This document shows, in pieces, positions 1 through 7,864 of a stretch of DNA of 26,381 bases. Position numbers and translations under genes: made by a program. Under the pieces are notes generated by a model. It was given only the letters and a program-made list of their open reading frames with translations. It had not been told where the DNA came from and searched no databases. The stretch comes from a virus. Each line of letters begins with the position of its first letter. Positions within the stretch are counted from its first letter, which is position 1. The stretch is from IMG/VR virus record IMGVR_UViG_3300021472_000137; one strand, 5' to 3'.

Positions 1-2
1 TG

Positions 3-191
3 CATCTGAGTGGCAGCGACTGTCGCTCTCTGTTCTCGCTTGAATATCTCGCAGCGATGGCTAAGGGCATCTCCTCGGAAACGCTCACGCTCTTCATAGG
101 CACGGACTACCCGCTGAAAATGGAGTTTGAGATTGCGGAAGGCTTCGGAAAAGTCATTTACTTGCTCGCTCCTCGCATAGAGGCTGAATGA
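3..191 (+). CDS. pcn: PCNA sliding clamp, C-terminal fragment (5' end outside window)
   Basis: Frame from 3 reads HLSGSDCRSLFSLEYLAAMAKGISSETLTLFIGTDYPLKMEFEIAEGFGKVIYLLAPRIEAE*, the typical euryarchaeal PCNA C-terminus (S-x-F/Y-S-L-E-Y-L, G-T-D-Y-P, YLLAPRIE). Confidence 0.93.
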   Translation, partial: HLSGSDCRSLFSLEYLAAMAKGISSETLTLFIGTDYPLKMEFEIAEGFGKVIYLLAPRIEAE

Positions 192-204
192 GGGGGAATG
201 ACTT

Positions 205-384
205 ATGCCGCTGGTCTTGCCAGGAAAATATTTAAAACTCTTGATTTGGGACGACAATTTCAGCATACAACAGAGGAAAGAAGGTAAAGTTGTAGATGAG
301 CTCAAGGAGCTAATTCAGCTTGCTCAACAGGCAGTCGAAAGGTTGGAAAGAGCTGAAGAGCTGGAGGAAAGTGAAAATGTCTGA
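205..384 (+). CDS. Hypothetical 59-aa protein (not in ORF track)
   Basis: MPLVLPGKYLKLLIWDDNFSIQQRKEGKVVDELKELIQLAQQAVERLERAEELEESENV*; follows PCNA with GGGGGA upstream; helical charged C-terminus. Confidence 0.6.
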   Translation: MPLVLPGKYLKLLIWDDNFSIQQRKEGKVVDELKELIQLAQQAVERLERAEELEESENV

Positions 385-431
385 GTTAGACTTGGAGAAA
401 CTGGCTGATGAAGTAGAGTAAGGGGGTGAAA

Positions 432-617
432 ATGGAAGAAGACTTAATTATCAAATTGCTGGGCAGGGCGGGAGCGAGGTTGCAGGCGATATGTAGCGCA
501 AGGTCGCAATACAAAGATGAAAACACCTTCAAGCACGCTCTTGCAGAATGCGTTGATGAAATAAGACAACTGTGGCAGGCATTAGAAGAGGGAAAACGAA
601 AGGGGAAAAATGCCTGA
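432..617 (+). CDS. Hypothetical protein
   Basis: ATG at 432 after GGGGTGA SD; stop overlaps next start; E/K-rich composition like neighbours. Confidence 0.7.
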   Translation: MEEDLIIKLLGRAGARLQAICSARSQYKDENTFKHALAECVDEIRQLWQALEEGKRKGKNA

Positions 618-1050
618 GAAGCCTTTAGACTTGGAAGAATTGGCAGATGAAATAATAAGGGTTGAGTATCCTACTTACGAGCAGGCGATTCCAGGACTAA
701 GAGAGGCAATCATCAGGAAGAAGTGGCGGATAAAGCATATTCTGGAACGATATATCAAGCAAACAGCAGAAGCAGAGGGGGCAAAGAAAAAGAAGGTTCT
801 GGAAGGTCGCCTTGTTTGCATCCCTTACGGAGGGGATGGATGGGTTCTGTTCAGTGATGATTCGGCTAAAGAATACCACGAGCTCCGCAAGAAGCTCCGC
901 AGCGGAGAGCTCACAGAAGAAGAGATGGATGTGTGCGACAGACGGCTGTGGGAAATAGAGCGAGGGGGTAAGTGGATTGATTCGGCTCTCTGCGATTTGG
1001 AGGGGAAGAAAGTGCGAATAACTGTTGAAGTAGTGGAGGATGAGAAATGA
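610..1050 (+). CDS. Hypothetical protein, 146 aa
   Basis: Coupled to neighbours by overlaps; C-terminal LEGKKVRITVEVVE beta motif. Confidence 0.8.
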   Translation: MPEKPLDLEELADEIIRVEYPTYEQAIPGLREAIIRKKWRIKHILERYIKQTAEAEGAKKKKVLEGRLVCIPYGGDGWVLFSDDSAKEYHELRKKLRSGELTEEEMDVCDRRLWEIERGGKWIDSALCDLEGKKVRITVEVVEDEK

Positions 1051-1361
1051 TAGAGAGCGAGGCGCTTAAGGAAATAGCTGAGAGAATAGAAAAAGGCAAA
1101 GAAAGGCGCTCACGCATCGTTCAGGAACTCTTCAAACTCTACGACAGAGTGCAAGAGCTTGAGAGAGAGTTAGAAGATGAAATCGTTGAACTGCTCAAAC
1201 GCTTGGACAGGGACGATTACTACCTCATTCATTTCGTAGGCACAACGCTGGAGGAGGATGGCTTAGAATGGTGGACAAGCAGAGGGAAAGAAATCTATGT
1301 GCGAGTGGACGGCTCTATTGAGGTGCGAGATAGAAAGGGAAAAACCATTCTGAGGGTGTGA
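1047..1361 (+). CDS. Hypothetical coiled-coil protein, paralog A
   Basis: ATGA overlap; shares GKERRxRIVQELFKLY...DGLExWT...DGS with 1363-1665. Confidence 0.85.
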   Translation: MIESEALKEIAERIEKGKERRSRIVQELFKLYDRVQELERELEDEIVELLKRLDRDDYYLIHFVGTTLEEDGLEWWTSRGKEIYVRVDGSIEVRDRKGKTILRV

Positions 1362-1362
1362 G

Positions 1363-1665
1363 ATGACAGAGCTACTTGAGGAAGTAACAGAAAGGGGTAA
1401 AGAAAGGCGAGCTCGCATCGTTCAGGAACTCTTCAAACTCTACGAGAAAGAAGAAGAGCTTGAAGTAAAATTATATAAAGAAGCTGCTGAAATACTCAAA
1501 CACATGGATGAGAACGACTTTATCGCTCACATCTCCGCAGCAGATGATGGCTTAGAGTTTTGGACAAGGAGAAAGAGAGTGATATTCATCGGAAAGGACG
1601 GTTCAGTCGCAGTGCAAGCAAGAAACGGGACTTACATCATAGGCTCAAAGACGAAGTTGCTGTAA
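1363..1665 (+). CDS. Hypothetical coiled-coil protein, paralog B
   Basis: Tandem paralog of 1047-1361; GGGTGTGAG upstream. Confidence 0.85.
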   Translation: MTELLEEVTERGKERRARIVQELFKLYEKEEELEVKLYKEAAEILKHMDENDFIAHISAADDGLEFWTRRKRVIFIGKDGSVAVQARNGTYIIGSKTKLL

Positions 1666-1677
1666 GAGGTGTGAGAA

Positions 1678-1833
1678 ATGTCTGAGCTGCTCTGCTATCT
1701 GTCTGGCTTCTTCACAGGAGTCGGAGTTACTTGCCTTGCGTTTTGCATTTATCTGCATCGCATCCAAAGGCAGCTCGCCGAAGCCCGCAAAAAGCTTCGG
1801 GGGGTTATAGAGAGGTTGGAGAGAAGGGGGTGA
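1678..1833 (+). CDS. Small membrane protein, 51 aa (not in ORF track)
   Basis: MSELLCYLSGFFTGVGVTCLAFCIYLHRIQRQLAEARKKLRGVIERLERRG*: one hydrophobic helix plus basic amphipathic helix; GAGGTGTGA SD. Confidence 0.7.
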   Translation: MSELLCYLSGFFTGVGVTCLAFCIYLHRIQRQLAEARKKLRGVIERLERRG

Positions 1834-1839
1834 TGTGCG

Positions 1840-2040
1840 ATGAAGTGTATAAGACCGTGGATGGAGTGCAGATTTAGAGATGAGAAGGGAATGTGCAAGT
1901 GGAGTTGTCCAAGGGATTTTCCAGGGACAGACTGCGAAATCGCAAGAGAAGCATGGGGCTGTCCTGCTGTATGCTACTATGAGGCAAAAGAGATGGGTTG
2001 CACAGATGAAGATATGTTTGGAGGGGATGAGAGTGCTTGA
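1840..2040 (+). CDS. Cys-rich small protein, possible metal-binding
   Basis: 8 Cys in 66 aa; GGGGTGA SD upstream. Confidence 0.7.
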   Translation: MKCIRPWMECRFRDEKGMCKWSCPRDFPGTDCEIAREAWGCPAVCYYEAKEMGCTDEDMFGGDESA

Positions 2041-2167
2041 GGACGACTACCTACTGGCTCTTTACAAAATAGAAGAATTGCGAAAACTGCGGAAGAAAAT
2101 CGCAAGAGAGTTCGCAAAGAGAAGAGTAGGAGACATCTGTGCATTCTCACCGAGGAGAGGGGCATAA
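2027..2167 (+). CDS. Hypothetical 46-aa basic protein (3' part of track ORF 1880-2167)
   Basis: ATG 2027 after GGAGGGG; MRVLEDDYLLALYKIEELRKLRKK...; TAATG coupling to next gene. Confidence 0.6.
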   Translation: MRVLEDDYLLALYKIEELRKLRKKIAREFAKRRVGDICAFSPRRGA

Positions 2168-2319
2168 TGAAGACAATATTCATCTTCGCCGAGCAAACTA
2201 CAACAGACGGAAAGAGATTTCTGCTCGGTTATGAGTTGGGCGAGTCAAGCACAAGCACAGGAGATGTTGTGGTTTTAGATGAGCGGGAAGATGGCATTGT
2301 GATGCCTTTGAGGAGGTGA
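2167..2319 (+). CDS. Hypothetical 50-aa protein (not in ORF track)
   Basis: MKTIFIFAEQTTTDGKRFLLGYELGESSTSTGDVVVLDEREDGIVMPLRR*; TAATG overlap; ends in GGAGGTGA SD of next gene. Confidence 0.6.
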   Translation: MKTIFIFAEQTTTDGKRFLLGYELGESSTSTGDVVVLDEREDGIVMPLRR

Positions 2320-2326
2320 TGTTGTA

Positions 2327-2536
2327 GTGCAAGTAGGTGCAACAGCATACGCTGAAGAGAAGCATGTGAGTCTTTCAAAAGAGATAGACTTGGTCAGCTG
2401 CCCCGCACTTCAGTGCGGAGCTTGCTCGACCTCCCTAACAGGGAAGGGAGCATTAGGCCGGCTGACAAGCGGCCCATTGAGTTGTAAAAGATTTGAGTAT
2501 TTAAATGTTGCTTCTAAAGGGGAGGAGAAATGGTAA
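2327..2536 (+). CDS. Hypothetical Cys-containing protein
   Basis: GTG start after GGAGGTGA; CPALQCGAC; overlaps next start. Confidence 0.5.
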   Translation: MQVGATAYAEEKHVSLSKEIDLVSCPALQCGACSTSLTGKGALGRLTSGPLSCKRFEYLNVASKGEEKW

Positions 2537-2730
2537 ATGCCTGCGAGTGTCGTTGGACAAGAGAGCAGGCGAAGGTTCTGCTCGCATTTCTCCTTGCGGA
2601 GAAAGCGAGACATGAGAGAGACATCCACGAAATTGAGCACTGCATTGAGCGAATACGCATCCACTACAATCTGCGAGAGGAGGAAATAGAGGATGCAAAA
2701 TACTTCTCCCGTCTTTTCGCACAGTATTAG
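2530..2730 (+). CDS. Hypothetical protein, 66 aa
   Basis: GGGGAGGAG SD; last gene before T-rich tract and long intergenic region. Confidence 0.75.
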   Translation: MVNACECRWTREQAKVLLAFLLAEKARHERDIHEIEHCIERIRIHYNLREEEIEDAKYFSRLFAQY

Positions 2731-2878
2731 ACTTCTTCCGCCTGCGTTTTCGCCTGCGTTGCGTTTGCGATTTCGCCTTTTGCTTTTTTATGAATGACAG
2801 AGTGCCCGCCTGCACGGCGGTAGAGTGCCTATATATTTCTATTGGGATAAGCTTTAAATAACCTTCATTTCCTTTGGG

Positions 2879-3002
2879 CTATCTCTATCTCTATCTCTAT
2901 CTCTATCTCTATTGTATGTAATAAAAAGATACATATATATTTACATCGGAAAAACATAAGAGGGTAGTGAAAGAGAAGGGTATTATCTCTATCTCTATCT
3001 CT
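2879..3002. repeat. (ATCTCT)n hexamer arrays: about 5.7 copies at 2879-2912 and 3 copies at 2985-3002
   Basis: Read directly in an AT-rich non-coding interval. Confidence 0.95.
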
Positions 3003-3108
3003 TTCATATATAAAGCTTACTCTTTGAGCAAAATCATAATAAAAAGAAGGAGAAAGGAAAAAAAAGGAAAGGGGTTATGTGCTACCTCTCTCCATCCTCT
3101 TACGACCT

Positions 3109-3375
3109 TCAGTCTTCGTATCTGAAGATTTCCCGCTGGTCGCTTTTGTAGGCGGTTACTACGCCGAGACCGTAATTTGCGATGACGAATCCTTTGAGGG
3201 GCGTCCCTTCGAGGATATGGATTTCGAATAAGCCGGTCCCGTCATCGTAGCTGATGGTAGTCCATCTGCATTCTTTCTTGTCATGTCCATAGTAGGCGAA
3301 GATTACCTCTTTCTCTGCTTCTTCTATTCGCTTCCTCATCCTCTCACGAAACGCCTTCGCTGCATTTTCGCTCAT
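3109..3375 (-). CDS. Hypothetical protein, 88 aa
   Basis: GGAGGTGA SD 6 nt upstream of ATG; divergent from 3439. Confidence 0.8.
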   Translation of the reverse strand: MSENAAKAFRERMRKRIEEAEKEVIFAYYGHDKKECRWTTISYDDGTGLFEIHILEGTPLKGFVIANYGLGVVTAYKSDQREIFRYED

Positions 3376-3404
3376 TTCACATCACCTCCCGTTCTATTTT
3401 AAGA

Positions 3405-3421
3405 CATATATATTTAAATAA
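3405..3421. promoter_or_regulatory. Divergent TATA region (ATATATATTTAAATA)
   Basis: Palindromic TATTTAAATA at 3411-3420 between divergent genes 3375(-) and 3439(+). Confidence 0.65.
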
Positions 3422-3438
3422 TGAATACATACGGATGA

Positions 3439-4218
3439 ATGGAAATGAGGGGTCGTCGTGTGTTCTTGGAGAATCCGAAGCATGTGGATGTGGTGCTGGA
3501 GGAGCGTCAGTTGAGAGAGATAGCGATGGTCGCAAAGAATAGAAGCGAGTTCATAAGGGATGCGATTGATTTGGCGTTGGGGCATAAGGACTTTACGGAG
3601 GGGCAGAAGCTTCGTGAGGAGAACGAGAAACTTCGTTCGGAGGTTGAGAAGTTGAGAAGTGAGAATGAGGAATTGAGGCGTCAGCTTGAAGAGGCGAAGA
3701 AGTTAATAGAGGTCTTGAAAGGGGAGCGGAAGGCGCAAGGATTAGATGCAAAGCGTTATCAGACATCATTTGGGTGGCTCACTGCGGGAGAGATAAAGGC
3801 GAAGTTCATGGAGAAGAAGCCAGTGAAACCGCTTGAATGGCTCTCTTCGGTCTTATATAATGATGCGGTTGCGATTCAGGAAGTAGCGCCGCTTTTAGGC
3901 TTACAGGATTCTTCATCTTCTTCGTCTGCTGTGCTTCGTGAGACTGCGAATGTCGTTGCGAAGGATGCGGTTCGTGAGACTACGGAGAATGCGGAGGAGC
4001 GAGAGCGAATAGAGCGGATGTTGAGAGCGAGAGAGGTTCGTCGGCGTCGTCGTCGCTATGAAGAGTGGGATTTCAAGCGACTTGCGGAAGACTTGGGATG
4101 CTCGGAAGAAGAAGCACGGAGGATGGTGGCGGAGAAGATTTCGGAAGCTGAGGGCGAAGCTGAAGATGAAGCTCGTGAGATGATAAAGAGGGCGAGGAGC
4201 ATCATAGAAGGCTACTGA
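3439..4218 (+). CDS. RHH-like DNA-binding domain plus long coiled coil
   Basis: N-terminal beta-helix-helix ending NRSEFIRDAIDLAL (RHH signature), then heptads LREENEKLRSEVEKLRSENEELRRQLEE. Confidence 0.7.
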   Translation: MEMRGRRVFLENPKHVDVVLEERQLREIAMVAKNRSEFIRDAIDLALGHKDFTEGQKLREENEKLRSEVEKLRSENEELRRQLEEAKKLIEVLKGERKAQGLDAKRYQTSFGWLTAGEIKAKFMEKKPVKPLEWLSSVLYNDAVAIQEVAPLLGLQDSSSSSSAVLRETANVVAKDAVRETTENAEERERIERMLRAREVRRRRRRYEEWDFKRLAEDLGCSEEEARRMVAEKISEAEGEAEDEAREMIKRARSIIEGY

Positions 4219-4221
4219 GCG

Positions 4222-4431
4222 ATGTTCGCAGTGAAGGATGTGGTATATGCGATTCTCATTGTTTATCACTTATACAGGGAAGGAGAGTTCATAGTGAGGA
4301 AGGAGGGAGAGAAGGTCGTGATAATAAAGCTTGGCGAACATGTGCCTTACAGCATAGTGAGAATAGTAATAAATAGAAAGAAAACGACAGAACCTATTGA
4401 GATATTTTGCACTCTTCCGAGCCGAGAGTGA
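4222..4431 (+). CDS. Hypothetical protein, 69 aa
   Basis: Follows 4218 after 3 nt; converges on the structural operon. Confidence 0.6.
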   Translation: MFAVKDVVYAILIVYHLYREGEFIVRKEGEKVVIIKLGEHVPYSIVRIVINRKKTTEPIEIFCTLPSRE

Positions 4432-4449
4432 GAGCGTTGCACACTTCTT

Positions 4450-4668
4450 TCATATTTTTTCTCTTGTGCAAGGCTTGTGTTCGTCGTGTCTGCAATAGTG
4501 CAAGTAGAAAGTAGCGTCCTTGAAATCTTCATGAGTTTTCAGCAGTTCTTGTTTTCTTGCGAGAGCTTCTTCTTTGCTTTCAACGATTTCGCTATGAATG
4601 ATGGTCTCTACGATTTCGCCAGTTTCTTCGTCTTGCGATTTTCCGGAGACTTCAAGGATGAGTTTCAT
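4450..4668 (-). CDS. Small protein with C-terminal HYCRHDEHKPC motif
   Basis: GAGGAGA SD; last gene of structural operon; His/Cys cluster suggests metal binding. Confidence 0.75.
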   Translation of the reverse strand: MKLILEVSGKSQDEETGEIVETIIHSEIVESKEEALARKQELLKTHEDFKDATFYLHYCRHDEHKPCTREKI

Positions 4669-4677
4669 TTCTCCTCA

Positions 4678-5652
4678 TCAAACGCCGTAGAAGACTCTTG
4701 TGAGATTGAAGAGTCTGCGAATTTCTTCTTCGCTTAGAGCTCTTGAATAGATGCAGACTTCGTCGATGGTGCCGTTGAAGTAAGAAGAAGGGCGATTTTC
4801 TATCCCTCTTGAACCTATAAAAAGTCTTGCATCATTTGTTTTTATTGCTCCAGAAGCCGTTCCTTCACCAACTTCAACACCGTTTATGTAAAGATAGCCC
4901 TTTCCTGTAGAAGAATCATAAGTTCCAACTACATGATACCATCTAAAAGATTCAAGCCCAGTTTTTTGAATAAACAGTCCTATGTTTGGAATTTCAAATC
5001 TAATCTCATCAGCCTTCCACGATAATAGTGCAAACCCGCTCTCGGTAGAATCTCTTTTCTCTAAAATACCTTTTTGTAAAGATGCAAGGTCGCCATTCAC
5101 CCACACCATAACCGTGATAGCATCGGTAATATCCAAACTCGCCGAATCAGGTACCTCCACATAATCATCCACTCCGTCAAAGCTCAAAGCGGATTTACCG
5201 CTTGGGAGAGTTTGCCAGACTGCGCCGTAGATTGTGCCGTGATTGCCGAACGGAGACCTATCGTATACTTCTGTGTCTGTGTCGTTTATTCCCGCTCTTA
5301 AATTTCTCGTCATGGGAAGCCAAAGCACGCAGTTATCGTATAAGCCTTCTTTGAGCATGAAACACAGCACACGCAGATATGATGCTTCGTCACCGTTCAG
5401 CTCCGCATAATTCGTCAGAAGCTCTATCTCCTCGTCTGTGAGCGTTATACATGCGTTTGCAGCCTTGTTTATGCTCTCATGCGCAGCCATATATTCAACC
5501 ACCTCCGCAGCCTTTCTCTCACTCAGCCTCCTTAAACCTACTTCTCCTCTATCATATAAATGAGATATGTGTGCATCCTCGACAGAATCCCAGTTCCATC
5601 TTATTTCGCCAGTTCTCGCATCTATGAATCGCTTTTCGCTCACCTCCATCAT
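4678..5652 (-). CDS. LamG/concanavalin-A-like (Laminin_G_3) domain protein, probable receptor-binding spike
   Basis: DRSPFGNHGTIYG, ALSFDGVDDYVEVPDSASLDITDAITVMVWVN, WYHVVGTYD, LYINGVEVG, FNGTIDEVCIYSRALSEEEI are hallmark LamG-like motifs. Confidence 0.92.
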   Translation of the reverse strand: MMEVSEKRFIDARTGEIRWNWDSVEDAHISHLYDRGEVGLRRLSERKAAEVVEYMAAHESINKAANACITLTDEEIELLTNYAELNGDEASYLRVLCFMLKEGLYDNCVLWLPMTRNLRAGINDTDTEVYDRSPFGNHGTIYGAVWQTLPSGKSALSFDGVDDYVEVPDSASLDITDAITVMVWVNGDLASLQKGILEKRDSTESGFALLSWKADEIRFEIPNIGLFIQKTGLESFRWYHVVGTYDSSTGKGYLYINGVEVGEGTASGAIKTNDARLFIGSRGIENRPSSYFNGTIDEVCIYSRALSEEEIRRLFNLTRVFYGV

Positions 5653-6032
5653 GGCACAGCACTCACCATTAATCTGAACCTTGTCTGAGCTGTTGCACCG
5701 TTCTCATATATAACCTTTACGAAATCCCCGCCGATAGAGACGGCATCTTTTGCTGGTGTTCCTCCCGTGATTGAGATTGTGTCCTCGTAATCAACTTCTT
5801 CGCCGTCAATGCTGTGCTGAATTTTGAGCGTTCCATCAGCATCTGTATTCACTAAATACAGCAGAGTGCTTTTCGTGCTTACATCCACCCATTCGCTCTC
5901 GTAGCTCTCATTCGCACCGAGAGGTCTCGTTGTCTTCGCAACAACAGCTTTGAGCGTCGCCTGCTTGTCCGTAGGAAGCACGATGTCCGTGCTTTCAATT
6001 GTTATCCGCTCTGGTAAGCGGGAGCCGAGCAT
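5649..6032 (-). CDS. Putative small beta-sandwich structural protein
   Basis: Alternating beta pattern (GTLKIQHSIDG, DFVKVIYENG, RFRLMVSA); ATGA overlap with LamG gene. Confidence 0.65.
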   Translation of the reverse strand: MLGSRLPERITIESTDIVLPTDKQATLKAVVAKTTRPLGANESYESEWVDVSTKSTLLYLVNTDADGTLKIQHSIDGEEVDYEDTISITGGTPAKDAVSIGGDFVKVIYENGATAQTRFRLMVSAVP

Positions 6033-6047
6033 TTTTATGCACCTCTC

Positions 6048-6191
6048 TCATGCGGTCAAATCCCATCTCTCGTGAGGGCGAAGAGCGGTTGTATCCTCTT
6101 TGCGATGCGTCGCAGTAGAATCAAATCTCTCGCCTTTTCTTGCGATTTCTGCGACTGAACAGCCGTTTGAGAGCGTCTTTACTTCTCTCAT
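6048..6191 (-). CDS. Hypothetical 47-aa protein (not in ORF track)
   Basis: MREVKTLSNGCSVAEIARKGERFDSTATHRKEDTTALRPHERWDLTA*; fills the operon gap exactly. Confidence 0.55.
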   Translation of the reverse strand: MREVKTLSNGCSVAEIARKGERFDSTATHRKEDTTALRPHERWDLTA

Positions 6192-6193
6192 AC

Positions 6194-6871
6194 TCATGCC
6201 ATCTCATACACGAACTCAATCACCGCATAGGTCAAATCAGTTGTTGCACCCGCCGTCGCCGAAGCGGTTGTGACAGCAACTTCCACATAAACCAATTCGC
6301 CATCGCTGAATGAAGTGCCTTCTGCCTCTTCATCGCTTCCAGTGTTTCCCGACACGGATGCGATTGTTCCCGTTGTTGTTCCGACAACTCTGACTTCTGT
6401 GACTGAATCCGTGTGCGAAGCAGTCCACGAAGCTCGCAGTCTTATCTTCTTCAAATAGCGAGCATCTACTTTTGTTCTCACAACTGATGTGAATTTCACA
6501 CCTGTTGAATCCGCTGCCAAGCCCGTCTGATTTATGCAGTCTTGAGGTGCAACGGGAACAGTATAGCCTACGATAGAATTCCTCTTCAAGCTGAACAAAT
6601 CAACATCATTCACTTCATCGCTTATCACTATTGTGTCGTTTGTGCTGTCATATCGCAACGCATACTTGTTCGTTCTGCCGAAATACACTTTCAAATCGTC
6701 ATCAACATCCGCAATTGTCGTTATGCGCTTCGCTGGCAGATTTATCTTCAGCACTTCTTCCCATGCTGCCGTTTCTGTGTTGTAGCGTTCAAAAATGATT
6801 TCGGATGTGGAATCATCGTAAGAGATTCTTGCTGAATTATCTGCCCTTCTCACAAGCGTCCTTTTCGCCAT
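6194..6871 (-). CDS. Putative spike/vertex structural protein
   Basis: Thr/Ser/Val-rich, beta-rich; two similar N-terminal units (ARISYDDSTSEIIF / YALRYDSTNDTIVI); GGAGGGGA SD. Confidence 0.7.
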   Translation of the reverse strand: MAKRTLVRRADNSARISYDDSTSEIIFERYNTETAAWEEVLKINLPAKRITTIADVDDDLKVYFGRTNKYALRYDSTNDTIVISDEVNDVDLFSLKRNSIVGYTVPVAPQDCINQTGLAADSTGVKFTSVVRTKVDARYLKKIRLRASWTASHTDSVTEVRVVGTTTGTIASVSGNTGSDEEAEGTSFSDGELVYVEVAVTTASATAGATTDLTYAVIEFVYEMA

Positions 6872-6890
6872 TTTTCATTCCCCTCCAAAC

Positions 6891-7097
6891 TCAAACACGC
6901 TCTTCTAATCTCGCCACCCTCTCACGCAGCTCCGTCAAATCTTCCTCAATATTCTCTATGCGTCTCTCTATTTGTTCCAAGCGTCTATATAAATGTGCGA
7001 TTTCGTTCCTGCGAAGTCGCCAGAGCCAGATTGTGAGGGAGAGCGTGAACGACGCAAGGGCTGCGAAGCTTCCGAGTGCTGCGAGCAGCACATCCAT
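6891..7097 (-). CDS. Single-pass membrane protein with coiled coil (virion membrane or holin-like)
   Basis: Hydrophobic residues 3-27, then heptads LEQIERRIENIEEDLTELRERVARLE. Confidence 0.7.
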   Translation of the reverse strand: MDVLLAALGSFAALASFTLSLTIWLWRLRRNEIAHLYRRLEQIERRIENIEEDLTELRERVARLEERV

Positions 7098-7112
7098 TCC
7101 GAATCACCATTC

Positions 7113-7346
7113 TTACCACACGATTATTTCGCCCGTGTCCTCTACAACGACTTCGCCGTCATCATAAACAATCAAATCGCCGAAGATGCGAGCAACGCCA
7201 GCGACGATGAACGAATTATCGGCATGAACATCGTCGTAATTCCGCTCTTCGCCTGAATTGACTATATACTTCTTATCTTTAATTCGCAAAGTGCGAGGCT
7301 CGTTGAAAGTCTCACGAAGAAGAAAGCGGAGCTCATCAGGCGTCAT
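7113..7346 (-). CDS. Hypothetical structural-operon protein
   Basis: GAGGTGAGGAG SD; operon position. Confidence 0.75.
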   Translation of the reverse strand: MTPDELRFLLRETFNEPRTLRIKDKKYIVNSGEERNYDDVHADNSFIVAGVARIFGDLIVYDDGEVVVEDTGEIIVW

Positions 7347-7372
7347 TCTTTTCTCCTCACCTCCTCACGCCC

Positions 7373-7864
7373 TCACTCCGCCTTCTCACGCATCATCTCG
7401 TCTATCATCGCAAGCAGCTCTTCGGTGTATTGCAGGAAGTAGATGTGCCACGACACAACGACATCCTCTGTGGTGGGGTTCAGCACGCTCACCGATATGC
7501 TTTCTGTGAACGGATACGGCGGGTCGGGGTAAAATCCGCCAACGAAGATTTTTTTGTCGGGGTCGTATCTGATGATGCGGAAGTTCCGGCGCTCCTCTTT
7601 GCCTAAACCCATTTCCCAGAGCATCTTCGGCGTGACTTCAAAGGTGATTGTGTCTATCGTGAAGTGGATGACCATCACATCAGAGGTTGTTTTCAGCGTC
7701 GCATCCAAGAGGAGTCCCCTGACATCCTCATATTTCACAAGCTCAACGAGCTCGCCAGCGCCTACCGTGACATCATCCTTTCTGTCGTGAATCCAATCAA
7801 ACAGCTTCGGAAATGCGGGGAGAAACTGCGAAATCGCAACAAGCTTCTCCGCTCTCATAGTCAT
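7373..7864 (-). CDS. Putative single-jelly-roll minor capsid/penton protein
   Basis: 163 aa, beta-rich (ESISVSVLNPTTEDVVVSWHIYF); downstream of MCP; fold is inferred. Confidence 0.5.
   Translation of the reverse strand: MTMRAEKLVAISQFLPAFPKLFDWIHDRKDDVTVGAGELVELVKYEDVRGLLLDATLKTTSDVMVIHFTIDTITFEVTPKMLWEMGLGKEERRNFRIIRYDPDKKIFVGGFYPDPPYPFTESISVSVLNPTTEDVVVSWHIYFLQYTEELLAMIDEMMREKAE

Noticed and set aside
2501-2815. Minus ORF with KKQKAKSQTQRRRKRRRKK basic stretch
   Set aside because: Mostly antisense to 2530-2730. The basic stretch derives from the T-rich terminator-like tract and CGCCTGCGTT repeats; no SD seen.
4678-5652. Diversity-generating retroelement acting on the adhesin
   Set aside because: No reverse transcriptase and no TR/VR-like near-duplicate differing at adenines seen; LamG is not the usual DGR target fold.
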